DNA of 64,000 nt from Alphaproteobacteria bacterium (lineage in GTDB: Bacteria; Pseudomonadota; Alphaproteobacteria; Puniceispirillales; Puniceispirillaceae), in the NCBI GenBank assembly GCA_038121125.1, contig JAYOMZ010000005.1, positions 2,355 through 66,354 on the forward strand. Reading direction: 5' to 3'. Below, in pieces: positions 29,413-39,904 of this stretch (positions are counted from its first letter, which is position 1; each line of letters starts with the position of its first letter). A program made the translations under genes and the position numbers. The notes below the pieces were generated by a model. That model was given only the letters and a program-made list of their open reading frames with translations. It ran no database searches and was not told the DNA's origin.

Positions 29413-30795
29413 TTAGCCGGCATCTGCAAGGGTCGGGGGCAGGGCGATACAGGCCGCCCCGCTGCTGAGCAAGGCCGCACAGGCAGAGCGGGCTTCCTGT
29501 TCTTTTAACTGGCCAAACCGCACCCGCCATAAAGGCAGGCCACCTGATGAGACAAGCGATAATTCAGCTGGCATTAAATCCAGCACCTCAATCGCTGTAC
29601 GCCGCGCACGAATAGCCGCCTTATGGGCAGAAACCCGCCTTGTATAGCTGCCCACCTGTATGGCCCAGCTGGCCGTAGCAGAAGGTACAGAAGCCGCAGA
29701 GACAGCCGCCGGGCTGATGGCCGCCCCCTCTTCATTTGAAGGGGCTGGCGGGGCAACGGGTATGGCGGGCAGTAATTCAGAGGCAGGCCGGGCTTGTGCA
29801 ACCTCTATCACCGTATCGGGACGCGGTATGGGTGCGGTTGGCAGGCGGGCAGAGCGCACCTGAACCGGCTTGATTTTTTTAAATTGCCGGGTCAGCAAAT
29901 TCACCATATGTTTGTCGCGTGTCCGCCCTGTACGGCCGCCAAAAACAACCCCTATCAGCCGCACGCCGCCGCGCTGAACCGTGGCAACCAGATTAAAGCC
30001 GGACGCGCTGGTATAGCCTGTCTTAATTCCGTCTGTTCCTGAATAGCTGGTCAGCAAGCGGTTATGGTTTTGATATTTCCGGCCATTCCAGACAAAATGT
30101 GTATTGCTGAAATAATGAAAATATTGCGGAAAATCACGGCGCATGGCCACGGCCAGCCTGGCCATATCCCGTGCTGTGCTGACCTGTGCACGATTGGGCA
30201 GGCCGGAGGCATTTTTAAACACTGTCCGGCTCATCCCGAGCGCTTTGGCCTTGCGGGTCATTTTTTTGGCAAATTCGCGCTCTGTGCCGCCTAAATGTTC
30301 TGAAACAACTGTGGCCACATCATTGGCAGATTTTGTCACCAGTGCCAAAATAGCATGCTCAACACTGATGCTCTGCCCCACTTTCAGATACAGCTTTGAG
30401 GGCGAACGGCTGGCAGCAACGCGGCTGACTTTCATCTTTGTGTTCTTGGAAACCTTGCCTGTCTGCAAGGCCTCGAACAGCATATATAAGGTCATGATTT
30501 TTGTCAGAGAGGCGGGATAAAGCTTTTTATCTGCATTTCTGGAATAAAGGATTTTGCCGCTTGTCTCTTCCATGATCAGCGAGGCATAGCGCGGATTTGC
30601 CGAAGCTGGTACAGACAGAACAATCCATAAGGCAAAGGCCAGCAAGCCGGCCATTATGCCGGTCAGGCGGTGCGGCGCACGGCCAGGCCGAGCCGGGAAG
30701 TATTGTAAATGCTGTTGTGCTATTTTCAAACTATTCTTCCAGTATCGGCTATGGTCTATTGCTCTGAGATTACTATATTTAACGGGTGTAACCAA
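29413..30795 (-). CDS. D-alanyl-D-alanine carboxypeptidase (S11, PBP5/6-like) with C-terminal SPOR domain
   Basis: SxxK motif PASLTKIMT, SxN LVTKSANDV and KTG IKTGYTS. A Pro/Ala linker precedes a SPOR-like segment WAIQVGSYTRRVSAHKAA...WRVRFGQLKEQEARSACAAL. An alternative start at 30654 would give the N-terminus MAGLLAFALWIVLSVPASA. Confidence 0.85.
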   Translation of the reverse strand: MVTPVKYSNLRAIDHSRYWKNSLKIAQQHLQYFPARPGRAPHRLTGIMAGLLAFALWIVLSVPASANPRYASLIMEETSGKILYSRNADKKLYPASLTKIMTLYMLFEALQTGKVSKNTKMKVSRVAASRSPSKLYLKVGQSISVEHAILALVTKSANDVATVVSEHLGGTEREFAKKMTRKAKALGMSRTVFKNASGLPNRAQVSTARDMARLAVAMRRDFPQYFHYFSNTHFVWNGRKYQNHNRLLTSYSGTDGIKTGYTSASGFNLVATVQRGGVRLIGVVFGGRTGRTRDKHMVNLLTRQFKKIKPVQVRSARLPTAPIPRPDTVIEVAQARPASELLPAIPVAPPAPSNEEGAAISPAAVSAASVPSATASWAIQVGSYTRRVSAHKAAIRARRTAIEVLDLMPAELSLVSSGGLPLWRVRFGQLKEQEARSACAALLSSGAACIALPPTLADAG

Positions 30796-30958
30796 CCTGA
30801 TAAACAGGGGATATGTCCAAAATCAGGCGGGGGTAATTTAAAAAAAGTGCCTATTTCACCATTTTTTTGCCCTTTCGCACTTGGGTTATTCAAATTAAGT
30901 GCCAATATTGATAGAGTTAAGAGGCGATAATGCTCAAAGCGAGCAGGTGTTTGAACTG

Positions 30959-31282
30959 ATGAGCAAAAAAGACGAATTTGATAATAATAAAGATGGTCAG
31001 GTCGTTCTTGAAAAAGAGCCGAAGACCAAAAAGCCGTCGCTCTACCGTGTCATCATGCTGAATGATGATTATACGCCAATGGAATTTGTGGTGCACGTAT
31101 TGCAGCGCTTTTTTGGTCATAATTACGAGGCGGCCCAGCAGATTATGCTGCATGTGCATCAGCGCGGTGTCGGGATTTGCGGGGTTTATACCTTTGAGGT
31201 CGCCGAAGCAAAGGCCAGTCAGGTGATGTCTTTTGCCCGTCAAAATGAACACCCCCTGCAATTGCAACTAGAAAAGGAATAG
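30959..31282 (+). CDS. clpS: ATP-dependent Clp protease adaptor ClpS
   Basis: [25 protein letters not shown]...[25 protein letters not shown]. Trimmed to the ATG at 30959 (107 aa). clpA follows 4 nt later. Confidence 0.9.
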   Translation: MSKKDEFDNNKDGQVVLEKEPKTKKPSLYRVIMLNDDYTPMEFVVHVLQRFFGHNYEAAQQIMLHVHQRGVGICGVYTFEVAEAKASQVMSFARQNEHPLQLQLEKE

Positions 31283-31286
31283 CCGG

Positions 31287-33575
31287 ATGCTGTCTGAGGA
31301 ACTTGAAGATACCTTGCGCCGGGCTCTGGCGATTGCAGGCGATCATGCCCATGAATTTGCCACGCTGGAACATTTGCTGCTGGCCATGACCGAAGATGCA
31401 GATGCACTGCAAGTGCTGCAGGGCTGTAAAGTCGATATCGAGCAATTGCGCGATTTGTTGCACACCCATATTGATGACGAGCTTTCCTCTATTATCAACC
31501 CGTCTGAAAATCTGGAAGTGCAGCCCACCTCTGGCTTTCAGCGTGTGGTACAGCGCGCTATTATCCATACCCAGTCCTCGGGGCGCGGGCCTGCCACCGG
31601 AGCAAATATTCTGATCGCCATGTATTCTGAACGCGAAAGCCATGCGGTGTGGTTTTTAAATTCGCTGAATATGAGCCGTCTGGACGCGGTATCTTTTGTC
31701 AGCCATGGCAGTGGCGAGCCGGTACGCGGGGCAGAGGATCAGAACGATGAGGCAGAAGCAGAAAATGCAGGCGCAGATGCGCTGGCAGAATATGCGGTAA
31801 ATCTGAATGTAAAGGCAGCAGAAGAGCGGATTGACCCGCTTATCGGCCGTGACCGCGAAGTAGATCGCACCATTCAGGTCTTATGCAGGCGTACTAAAAA
31901 TAATCCTCTTTATGTGGGCGATCCGGGGGTGGGCAAGACAGCCCTTGCCGAGGGGCTGGCGCTTCGTATCAGCACAGGCGAGGTGCCGGATGTGCTGAAA
32001 GAAGCCGTGATTTATGCCCTTGATATGGGGCAATTACTGGCTGGAACACGCTATCGCGGGGATTTTGAAGAACGCTTGAAAGCGGTGATGAAAAAGGTGG
32101 AGGGCGATCCGAAGGCCATTTTATTTATTGATGAAATTCATACCATCATCGGGGCAGGGGCTACCTCTGGCGGGGCAATGGATGCCTCTAATCTGTTAAA
32201 ACCTGCTTTGCAATCAGGTGATTTGCGCTGTATTGGCTCTACCACCTATAAAGAGTTTCGCTCCTATTTTGAAAAAGACCGGGCGCTGGCACGGCGTTTC
32301 CAGAAAATTGATGTAGCAGAGCCATCCTTGCCAGATACGATTAAGATTCTGCAAGGGCTGAAATCGCGATATGAAAGCCATCACGGGGTGCGTTTTACCC
32401 ATGCCGCCCTGAAAACCGCAGCAGAGCTGGCAGGACGCTATATCAATGACCGCAAATTGCCTGATAAGGCGATAGATGTGATTGATGAGGCGGCCGCTGC
32501 ACAAAATCTGATGCCGCCATCGCGCCGTAAACAGGTCATCGGCCAAAAAGAAATCGAAGCCACTGTCGCCACTATGGCGCGGATTCCATCCAAAAATGTC
32601 AGCTCGGATGATAAAACTGCCCTGCAAACACTGGAAACCGACCTGAAACGGATGGTTTTTGGCCAGGATGCCGCACTTTCTGCCCTGTCATCGGCAATTA
32701 AATTATCGCGGGCAGGCTTGCGCGAGCCGGAAAAACCTATCGGCAGCTATCTGTTCTCTGGCCCGACAGGGGTGGGCAAAACAGAAGCTGCACGCCAGCT
32801 GTCAGAAATATTGGGCGTCAAGCTGATCCGTTTTGATATGTCAGAATATATGGAACGCCATACGGTAAGCCGGCTTATCGGGGCGCCTCCGGGCTATGTG
32901 GGGTTTGATCAGGGCGGTTTATTGACCGATGCGGTCGATCAGACCCCGCACGCGGTATTATTGCTGGATGAAATTGAAAAGGCACATCCGGACCTGTTCA
33001 ATATCCTGTTACAAGTAATGGATCATGGCCGTCTGACAGACAGTAATGGCAAGAGTGTGGATTTCCGAAATGTAGTTCTGATTATGACCACAAATGCCGG
33101 CGCATCTGAAATGACCAAACAGCTGATAGGCTTTGGTCGCGGCCAGAAAACAGATGCCGACACCGATGCAATAGAAAAAACCTTTACCCCCGAATTCAGA
33201 AATCGTCTGGATGCGGTGATAGCCTTTGCCCCTCTGGAAACCGAGACAGTTCGGCTGGTGGTTGATAAATTCATCATGCAGCTGGAAGCCCAGTTAACCG
33301 ACAAGGATGTCGAGATTGAGCTGGATGAGGCGGCACGTAACTGGCTGGCGGCGCGAGGATATGATGCGACCTATGGCGCGCGCCCGCTGGCACGGCTGGT
33401 ACAAGAACATATCAAAAAGCCGCTGGCAGATGAATTGCTGTTTGGCAAGCTGATACAGGGCGGAAGCGTAAAAGTCGGCGTCCTAAAAGATAGCCTGAAG
33501 CTTACCTGCCGTCCTGCACCCCAGCGCAAGCCGGCTAAAAAGCCGAAAAAAGCGTCACTAGCTGAGAAAAGCTAG
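31287..33575 (+). CDS. clpA: ATP-dependent Clp protease ATP-binding subunit ClpA
   Basis: Clp_N repeat, Walker A motifs GDPGVGKTA and GPTGVGKTE, the sensor motifs, and GARPLARLVQEHIKKPLADELLFG; 762 aa. Confidence 0.97.
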   Translation: MLSEELEDTLRRALAIAGDHAHEFATLEHLLLAMTEDADALQVLQGCKVDIEQLRDLLHTHIDDELSSIINPSENLEVQPTSGFQRVVQRAIIHTQSSGRGPATGANILIAMYSERESHAVWFLNSLNMSRLDAVSFVSHGSGEPVRGAEDQNDEAEAENAGADALAEYAVNLNVKAAEERIDPLIGRDREVDRTIQVLCRRTKNNPLYVGDPGVGKTALAEGLALRISTGEVPDVLKEAVIYALDMGQLLAGTRYRGDFEERLKAVMKKVEGDPKAILFIDEIHTIIGAGATSGGAMDASNLLKPALQSGDLRCIGSTTYKEFRSYFEKDRALARRFQKIDVAEPSLPDTIKILQGLKSRYESHHGVRFTHAALKTAAELAGRYINDRKLPDKAIDVIDEAAAAQNLMPPSRRKQVIGQKEIEATVATMARIPSKNVSSDDKTALQTLETDLKRMVFGQDAALSALSSAIKLSRAGLREPEKPIGSYLFSGPTGVGKTEAARQLSEILGVKLIRFDMSEYMERHTVSRLIGAPPGYVGFDQGGLLTDAVDQTPHAVLLLDEIEKAHPDLFNILLQVMDHGRLTDSNGKSVDFRNVVLIMTTNAGASEMTKQLIGFGRGQKTDADTDAIEKTFTPEFRNRLDAVIAFAPLETETVRLVVDKFIMQLEAQLTDKDVEIELDEAARNWLAARGYDATYGARPLARLVQEHIKKPLADELLFGKLIQGGSVKVGVLKDSLKLTCRPAPQRKPAKKPKKASLAEKS

Positions 33576-34732
33576 ACAGAATTGCGATAGGGGCTAGTGG
33601 CCTGAATAGCCTGGCACTCCTCTTCTATGGCGCGATGTTCCTGGCGCAAGAAACGGCTCACGGCACGGGAAAATCCTTCATCCGGCAACCAATGGGCAGA
33701 ATAGGTATAGACAGGCAAATAGCCGCGCTGGACTTTGTGAAAGCCCTGGGCGCCTGCCTCTACCTTTTTCAGCCCGCGTGATATCGCAAATTCCAGTGCC
33801 TGATAATAACAGGTTTCAAAATGCAGATTGGGGTATTCGCGAATGCAGCCCCAATTACGGCCATATAAAGTATCCTGACCAATAAAATTCAGCGCACCGG
33901 CTATCCTCTCGCCATTCTGGCTGGCCATTACCAGCAAGATATTGTCGGCCAGGCTCTCGGCTATCTGGCTAAAAAAATCGCGCGTTAGATAAGCCCCGCC
34001 CCATTTTTTATCAATGGTCGCCAGATAAAAGCGATAGAAATCATCCCAATCTTCGGGCTGGATATCTGTGCCTGTCAGCGCGTGAAATTCTATCCCCTGT
34101 GATGCCAGAGATTGTCTTTCCTTTCGAATATTTTTGCGCTTGCGCGAAGACAGGCTGGCCAGAAAATCATCAAAATTTTTATAATTCTGATTATGCCAGT
34201 GAAATTGCAAGCCCTTGCGGATAAGCCAGCCAGCATTGGCCAAATTATCCTTTTCTGTCTCGGTAATAAAATTGATATGGGCAGAAGACAGATCATGATT
34301 ACGCACAATCTGCTGAAAGGCCGCGATTAAATGGCTTGCCATCTCGGCATTTTCCGGCCGATATAACAGCCTTGGGCCAGGGACAGGGGTAAAGGGTATT
34401 GCACTCAGCAATTTGGGATAATATTGCCCGCCTGCCTGTTCATAGGCGTGCGCCCAGCTATGGTCAAAGACATATTCGCCATAGGAATGATATTTAAGAT
34501 AGGCAGGAACTGCCCCCAGATAAGGCTTATCCTTTCCCCGGCGAATACAGATATAAAGCGGCTGCCAGCCGGTATCTGCGCCAACCGAGCCGCTTTCTTC
34601 CAGAGCAGATAAAAACGCATGACTGGCAAAAGGATAGCCCAAAATGTTTAGCCCATCCCATTCTATGGCTGGAATATCGGCTATTGTGCTATGCAGATTT
34701 ATATAGAGATCATCATCAACTGAACGGTTCAT
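33572..34732 (-). CDS. DUF482 / FemAB-like GNAT-fold acyltransferase family protein (function unknown)
   Basis: 386 aa with FASHAFLSALEESGSV, YGEYVFDHSWA, YPKLLSAIPFTPV and LYGRNWGC...LHFETCYYQ, which I recognise as the COG3146/PF04339 family. The 3' end overlaps the clpA stop by 4 nt (convergent). Confidence 0.72.
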   Translation of the reverse strand: MNRSVDDDLYINLHSTIADIPAIEWDGLNILGYPFASHAFLSALEESGSVGADTGWQPLYICIRRGKDKPYLGAVPAYLKYHSYGEYVFDHSWAHAYEQAGGQYYPKLLSAIPFTPVPGPRLLYRPENAEMASHLIAAFQQIVRNHDLSSAHINFITETEKDNLANAGWLIRKGLQFHWHNQNYKNFDDFLASLSSRKRKNIRKERQSLASQGIEFHALTGTDIQPEDWDDFYRFYLATIDKKWGGAYLTRDFFSQIAESLADNILLVMASQNGERIAGALNFIGQDTLYGRNWGCIREYPNLHFETCYYQALEFAISRGLKKVEAGAQGFHKVQRGYLPVYTYSAHWLPDEGFSRAVSRFLRQEHRAIEEECQAIQATSPYRNSV

Positions 34733-34804
34733 AGAGATGATATGGCCTGAAGAAAGGGCGCTGACAAGTCATCCATCTCCGCGCCCCTTTTTATTTTTTT
34801 CTAA

Positions 34805-35272
34805 TTAGCTGCGGATACGGAACAGGCCTTCGATTTCCACGCAGGTTCCGCGGGGCAGGGCATTTGATCCAACCGCAAATCTGGCATGACGACCCGCATC
34901 GCCAAACACTTCTACCATCAGGTTGGATGCCCCGTTGATCACTTCTGGCTGGTCGCTAAAATCATTGGTACAGGCCACAAAACCGCCCAGCTTTACCACC
35001 TGTTCCACCCGTCCCAAATCGCCGCCACAGGCCGCTTTTAGCTGGGCAATCAGGTTAATGGCACAAATGCGTGCCTGTTCAGCTGCTTCCTGGGTGGTGA
35101 CATCCTTGCCGACATGGCCGGTATGAGCCATTTTGCCATCTACCAGAGGCAGTTGGCCGGAAATAAACACCAGATCGCCTGTAATAACATAAGGGACATA
35201 ATTTGCCGCTGGCATCGGGGCTTCTGGCAGGGTAATGCCCAGAGATTGTAATTTTGTTTCCGCTGCGCTCAT
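34805..35272 (-). CDS. RidA/YjgF-family protein (enamine/imine deaminase-like)
   Basis: Trimmed to the ATG at 35272 (GGAG upstream). LPEAPMPAANYVPYV..GDLVFISGQLP and the C-terminal LPRGTCVEIEGLF are typical of the RidA/YjgF family. Confidence 0.85.
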   Translation of the reverse strand: MSAAETKLQSLGITLPEAPMPAANYVPYVITGDLVFISGQLPLVDGKMAHTGHVGKDVTTQEAAEQARICAINLIAQLKAACGGDLGRVEQVVKLGGFVACTNDFSDQPEVINGASNLMVEVFGDAGRHARFAVGSNALPRGTCVEIEGLFRIRS

Positions 35273-35370
35273 GGCTGTTCTCTCCTCTATGCTGGCAGAT
35301 CTGTAGTGTGAAGTGACAATATCATGCCATCTGGCCTGACCAGCCGGCAAGCATCAATACGACCAAAATC

Positions 35371-35411
35371 AAAAAGAAAACCCCCTTGTGTAAAAGAATA
35401 CACAAAGGGGG
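35371..35411 (-). terminator. Rho-independent terminator downstream of nrdJ (hairpin flanked by A- and T-tracts, potentially bidirectional)
   Basis: Plus strand reads aaaaagaaaa-CCCCCTTGTG-taaaagaata-CACAAAGGGGG-ttttt. This is a 10-11 bp GC-rich stem with one bulge. On the minus strand it is followed by TTTTCTTTTT, 32 nt after the nrdJ stop. Confidence 0.75.
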
Positions 35412-35442
35412 TTTTTAACTGGTTGGTTTTTGTGTCTGAGGC

Positions 35443-38400
35443 CTAGCTGCAGCCGGTGGTTGACCCGCAAGTGTTACATTTCAGACAAGTCCCGTTACGA
35501 ACCAGCGTAAAGTTCTGGCATTCAGGACAGCTTTCCCCTTCATAGCCCTGCATACGGGCTTCTTTTACCTTGTTGGCGATGCTGGCTTCCGGACGGGTGA
35601 TGGTCTCTGCTACCGTTGTCGCCTGTGCCAGGCTTGCCTCTTTAGTGGTTGCCGGTTTCAGGCTGGTTTTAGCAACCGCCTCGCTGGCAACCGCCTGTGC
35701 AGCAGAGCCATCATTGGAATAGACAACCAGACCCTGTTTGCGGATAAAGCCGCGGCTGGTAACCCGGTTAACCAGTTCAGACTGCGCCTCGCCTGTGCCG
35801 GTGGTATCCATGGCCAGATCCTCACCGCTGACATGACCCAGATCATGACGGTCAAGATAGGAGATAGCCAATTCCCGGAAAGTATAATCCAGAATAGAGG
35901 TCGACATCTTGATTGCGTCATTGCCAGTGACAATGCCTTGCGGCTCAAAGCGGGTAAAGGTAAAGGCCTCAACATATTCCTCGAGCGGCACGCCATATTG
36001 CAGACCGATAGACACCGCAATCGCAAAATTATTCATCAGCGAGCGGAAGGCTGCGCCTTCTTTATGCATATCGATGAAAATCTCGCCCAGACGGCCATCT
36101 TCATATTCGCCTGTCCGCAGATAGACCTTATGTCCGCCAACGCTGGCCTTTTGGGTATAGCCTTTGCGTCTGTGGGGCAGGCGCTGGCGATCATTATCGC
36201 GGATAATCCGCTCAACGACCTTTTCGACCAGTTGCGGGGCAGCCGATAATTGTACCTCTTCTGCCTCTTCCTCGTCTTCTTCATCGATCAGGGCAGAAGA
36301 TAGAGGCTGGCTCAGCTTTGAGCCGTCACGATAGAGCGCATTGGCTTTCAGACCCAATTGCCAGCTTTGCATATAGGCCTCCCCGCATTCCTCTACCGTT
36401 GCATTATTTGGCATATTGATGGTCTTGGAAATTGCCCCGGAAATAAAGGGCTGGGCAGCGGCCATCATGGTGATATGGCTGGAAACAGACAAGAAACGCT
36501 TGCCAATCCGGCCACAAACATTGGCACAATCAAAGATAGGCAGATGCTCGTCTTTGATATGCGGCGCCCCTTCCAGGGTCATTGCCCCGCATACATGGAT
36601 ATTGGCCGCTTCAATTTCTTCTTTGCTGAAGCCAAGCGCTTCCAGCATATTGAAATTGAAATCATTCAGCTGATCATCTGAAAAGCCAAGTGTATCCTTG
36701 CAAAAATCATCGCCCAGCGTGTAGCGGTTAAAGGCAAATTTAATATCAAAAGCATTTTCAAGCGACCCGGCAAGCTGGGTTAAAATCGCATCGGTAAAGC
36801 CTTTATCTTTCAGCGCATTTAGCGAAATAGCCTGACAGCTTTCCAGATTACCATGCCCAACCGCATAGCGCGAGATATCCTCGATTTGGCTCTCGCTATA
36901 GCCCAGCCGTGTCAGGGCTTCGGGAACAACGCGGTTGATTATTTTGAAATAGCCGCCACCGGCCAGCTTTTTGAATTTCACAATCGCGAAATCTGGCTCA
37001 ATACCGGTGGTATCGCAATCCATCACCAGCCCGATTGTGCCGGTTGGGGCAATCACGGTTGCCTGTGCATTTCTATAGCCATGCTTTTCGCCCAGCTCTA
37101 ATGCCTCATCCCAAGCTTTTTTGGCATGGGTGATAAGGTCTGCTTCAGGGCAGTTTTTGTGATCAAGCGGTACAGGCAGAACAGACAGGCCATCATAGCC
37201 GTCTGATTTGCCATAGGCGGCCAGACGGTGATTACGCATAACCTGCAGCATGGAGGCGCTATTTTCGGCATAGCGCGGAAACGCCCCTACCTCGCCTGCC
37301 AATTCGGCAGAGGTGGCATAAGACCGCCCTGTCATCACCGCCGAGATAGCCCCGCACAAAGCACGTGCTTCATCACTGTCATAGGAATATCCGGCTGCCA
37401 TCAGCAAGCCGCCAATATTGGCAAAGCCCAGGCCCAGCGTGCGATAATCATAAGAGCCTTGTGCAATCTCGCGCGACGGGAATTGTGCCATCAGAACAGA
37501 GGTTTCCAGTGTCACTGTCCATAGCCGAACCGCGTGTTCAAAGGCTTCGATATCAAATCGGCCATCAGCATGGCGGAACTGCATCAGATTAAGCGAAGCC
37601 AGATTACAGGCAGTATCATCCAGGAACATATATTCTGAACAGGGGTTAGAGGCATTAATGCGCCCACCGGTTGGACAGGTATGCCATTCATTGATGGTTG
37701 TATCATATTGCAAGCCCGGGTCGGCACAGGCCCAGGCGGCATGGGCGATTTTCTGCCATAGCTCGCCGGCATTGACCTTTTCTGCAACCTTGCCATCTGT
37801 ACGGCGGATTAGTTCCCAATCCCCATTTTCCAGAACTGCGTTCAAAAAGTCATTGGTGACCCGAACAGAATTGTTTGAATTCTGGCCAGCAACCGTGAGG
37901 TAGGCTTCGGAATCCCAGTCTGTATCATAGGTTTTGAAGCTGATTTCGGTGAAGCCCTGCTGGGCAAACTGGATAACGCGCTGGACATAATTTTCCGGGA
38001 TCATCGCTTTGCGCGCTGCCAAGATAGCCTTTTTCAGCTCTTTGTTTTCTTTGGGGTTATAGCGCGCAACATCGTCCAGATCGCTGGCTTCTACACAGGC
38101 GCGCATCACTTCTGACATATGTTTTTGTGCCAGCTTCGAGCCAGCAACCAATGCTGCGACCTTTTGTTCTTCCACCACTTTCCAGTCGATATATTCTTCA
38201 ATATCCGGATGGTCGATATCCACTGTTACCATCTTGGCTGCACGGCGGGTTGTACCGCCTGATTTAATCGCCCCTGCGGCGCGGTCACCAATTTTCAAAA
38301 AGCTCATCAGGCCGGAAGATTTGCCGCCCCCCGACAGGCTTTCACCAGAGCCCCGCAAACGTGAGAAGTTCGAGCCGGTACCAGAGCCATATTTAAACAA

Positions 38401-39069
38401 TCTGGCTTCACGCACCCATAAATCCATGATCCCGCCTTCATTTACCAGATCATCATCGACTGACTGGATAAAACAGGCGTGTGGCTGGGGGTGTTCATAA
38501 GAAGATTTCGAGCGCACCATCTTGCCCGTTTGATAATCGACATAGAAATGTCCCTGGCTGGGCCCGTCAATGCCATAGGCCCAATGCAGCCCAGTGTTGA
38601 ACCATTGTGGTGAATTGGGCGCAGCCATCTGCATGGACAGCATGAATACCATTTCATCATAATAGGTTTTGGCATCTTCCTCGGTGGTGAAATAGCCGCC
38701 CTTCCATGCCCAGTAGGTCCATGTGCCCACCAGCCGGTTGAATACCTGTCTGGCAGATGTCTCGCCGCTGTAGCGCGCCTCTTCCTCCAGCTTGGCAAGT
38801 GCCTTTTCATCCGGGACAGACCGCCATAGCCAGGAGGGAACATCATTTTCCTCAACTTTTTTTAACGCTGCCGGAACGCCGGCTTTGCGGAAATATTTTT
38901 GCGCCAGAATATCGGTTGCCACCTGACTGAATTGTTCAGGAACTTCGATATCCTGAGCAGAGAACACAATTGTGCCATCTGGATTGCGAATCTCGCTGCT
39001 TGCCTTGCGGTAAGATAGCTGTGCAAAAATATCTGTGCCAGGCGTGGTGAATCGGCGCTCAAACTGCAT
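35443..39069 (-). CDS. nrdJ: Class II (adenosylcobalamin-dependent) ribonucleoside-diphosphate reductase
   Basis: 1208 aa. N-terminus MQFERRFTT..., [13 protein letters not shown], active-site [14 protein letters not shown], and a C-terminal Cys cluster [28 protein letters not shown], typical of long alphaproteobacterial NrdJ. Confidence 0.95.
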   Translation of the reverse strand: MQFERRFTTPGTDIFAQLSYRKASSEIRNPDGTIVFSAQDIEVPEQFSQVATDILAQKYFRKAGVPAALKKVEENDVPSWLWRSVPDEKALAKLEEEARYSGETSARQVFNRLVGTWTYWAWKGGYFTTEEDAKTYYDEMVFMLSMQMAAPNSPQWFNTGLHWAYGIDGPSQGHFYVDYQTGKMVRSKSSYEHPQPHACFIQSVDDDLVNEGGIMDLWVREARLFKYGSGTGSNFSRLRGSGESLSGGGKSSGLMSFLKIGDRAAGAIKSGGTTRRAAKMVTVDIDHPDIEEYIDWKVVEEQKVAALVAGSKLAQKHMSEVMRACVEASDLDDVARYNPKENKELKKAILAARKAMIPENYVQRVIQFAQQGFTEISFKTYDTDWDSEAYLTVAGQNSNNSVRVTNDFLNAVLENGDWELIRRTDGKVAEKVNAGELWQKIAHAAWACADPGLQYDTTINEWHTCPTGGRINASNPCSEYMFLDDTACNLASLNLMQFRHADGRFDIEAFEHAVRLWTVTLETSVLMAQFPSREIAQGSYDYRTLGLGFANIGGLLMAAGYSYDSDEARALCGAISAVMTGRSYATSAELAGEVGAFPRYAENSASMLQVMRNHRLAAYGKSDGYDGLSVLPVPLDHKNCPEADLITHAKKAWDEALELGEKHGYRNAQATVIAPTGTIGLVMDCDTTGIEPDFAIVKFKKLAGGGYFKIINRVVPEALTRLGYSESQIEDISRYAVGHGNLESCQAISLNALKDKGFTDAILTQLAGSLENAFDIKFAFNRYTLGDDFCKDTLGFSDDQLNDFNFNMLEALGFSKEEIEAANIHVCGAMTLEGAPHIKDEHLPIFDCANVCGRIGKRFLSVSSHITMMAAAQPFISGAISKTINMPNNATVEECGEAYMQSWQLGLKANALYRDGSKLSQPLSSALIDEEDEEEAEEVQLSAAPQLVEKVVERIIRDNDRQRLPHRRKGYTQKASVGGHKVYLRTGEYEDGRLGEIFIDMHKEGAAFRSLMNNFAIAVSIGLQYGVPLEEYVEAFTFTRFEPQGIVTGNDAIKMSTSILDYTFRELAISYLDRHDLGHVSGEDLAMDTTGTGEAQSELVNRVTSRGFIRKQGLVVYSNDGSAAQAVASEAVAKTSLKPATTKEASLAQATTVAETITRPEASIANKVKEARMQGYEGESCPECQNFTLVRNGTCLKCNTCGSTTGCS

Positions 39070-39141
39070 GTTCTACCCTCAATAAAATCGTTTTAAAAAA
39101 AATAAAATCCGTAAGTTACGGAGATGTGTTTACCTCAAACC

Positions 39142-39159
39142 ATCACTATATGTAGTGAT
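39142..39159. promoter_or_regulatory. Candidate NrdR box in the nrdJ upstream region
   Basis: ATCACTA-TATG-TAGTGAT has perfect 7-bp inverted arms. The inner 16-mer matches the published NrdR-box consensus acaCwAtATaTwGtgt at 13 of 16 positions by my count. It lies about 80 nt upstream of the nrdJ ATG. A degenerate second copy, CTACATGATGTGG, is centred about 29 bp away (39174-39186). Confidence 0.45.
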
Positions 39160-39492
39160 CTGAAAGGTCTAAGCTACATGATGTGGGGGGTGGGTGCAAT
39201 CTGAAAGTGTAAAATTTTTACAGTTTTTTTACCTTTTGGGGCTTGACGCTATCCTGTTTCAGGCGAGCGATTCGCTTGTATAATTTATGGGCTGTAAGGG
39301 TGTCGGTGATGCAGCTTTTTTTCTTTCCTTTTAGCAAGGCTGTCACAGGCGCGGCTCTATTCAGGAAGATGCTTGAAAAAACAGGCGCCCAGTTCTATAA
39401 AAGGCCAGGGCAGAAAAAACCTTTTTAAGCGCACTAAAAGCTGGCAGATATCAGTGCTGGCAAGTTAAAAAAAGCAGGATAGTGAGACCGCC

Positions 39493-39849
39493 ATGACTTT
39501 TCTTTCCAAGATATTTATCAAAATGTATGCACATCATGTTGGCAGTGATGCATTTGGCAATCGCTATTATGAATCACGCCGCCAGCGCGCAAATGGGCGG
39601 CCGCGTCGCTATGTCGTTTACAAGGGCGAGGTGGAAGCCTCAAAAGTGCCGTCTGACTGGCATGGCTGGCTGCATTATACCGAAATGGCCCCGCCGCCCG
39701 AAACAGGTTATAAAAAGCAAAGCTGGCAAAAACAGCATCTGCCAAATCTGACCGGCACAGCTCATGCCTATCGTCCAAAAGGTCATGCCCTGAAAGGGGG
39801 CAAGCGGGCGGCCGCCACAGGTGATTACGAGCCATGGACGCCTAGTTAA
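39493..39849 (+). CDS. NDUFA12-family protein (NADH:ubiquinone oxidoreductase subunit A12 / assembly-factor-like)
   Basis: GSDAFGNRYYES...RRYVVYKGEVEASKVPSDWHGWLHYT is the hallmark NDUFA12/NDUFAF2 motif; 118 aa. Confidence 0.85.
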   Translation: MTFLSKIFIKMYAHHVGSDAFGNRYYESRRQRANGRPRRYVVYKGEVEASKVPSDWHGWLHYTEMAPPPETGYKKQSWQKQHLPNLTGTAHAYRPKGHALKGGKRAAATGDYEPWTPS

Positions 39850-39904
39850 GGCGAAATGGCATAAGCGCGGCAACAAAGCTTTGTGAAGCAAAAGAGGCTA
39901 AGAT

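Noticed and set aside
30880-30909. A possible sigma-32-type promoter, CTTG-N18-CCAATATT, upstream of clpS-clpA.
   Set aside because: It matches a loose consensus only weakly. Such matches are frequent, and I have no independent support.
39070-39240. I looked for a cobalamin riboswitch upstream of nrdJ.
   Set aside because: No B12-box-like conserved core was recognisable. B12 riboswitches normally control B12-independent isozymes or transport, not nrdJ.
39243-39428. A 61-aa ORF in the spacer upstream of the NDUFA12-like gene.
   Set aside because: It has a non-ATG start, no ribosome-binding site, and a hydrophobic/basic composition without recognisable motifs. Evidence is insufficient.
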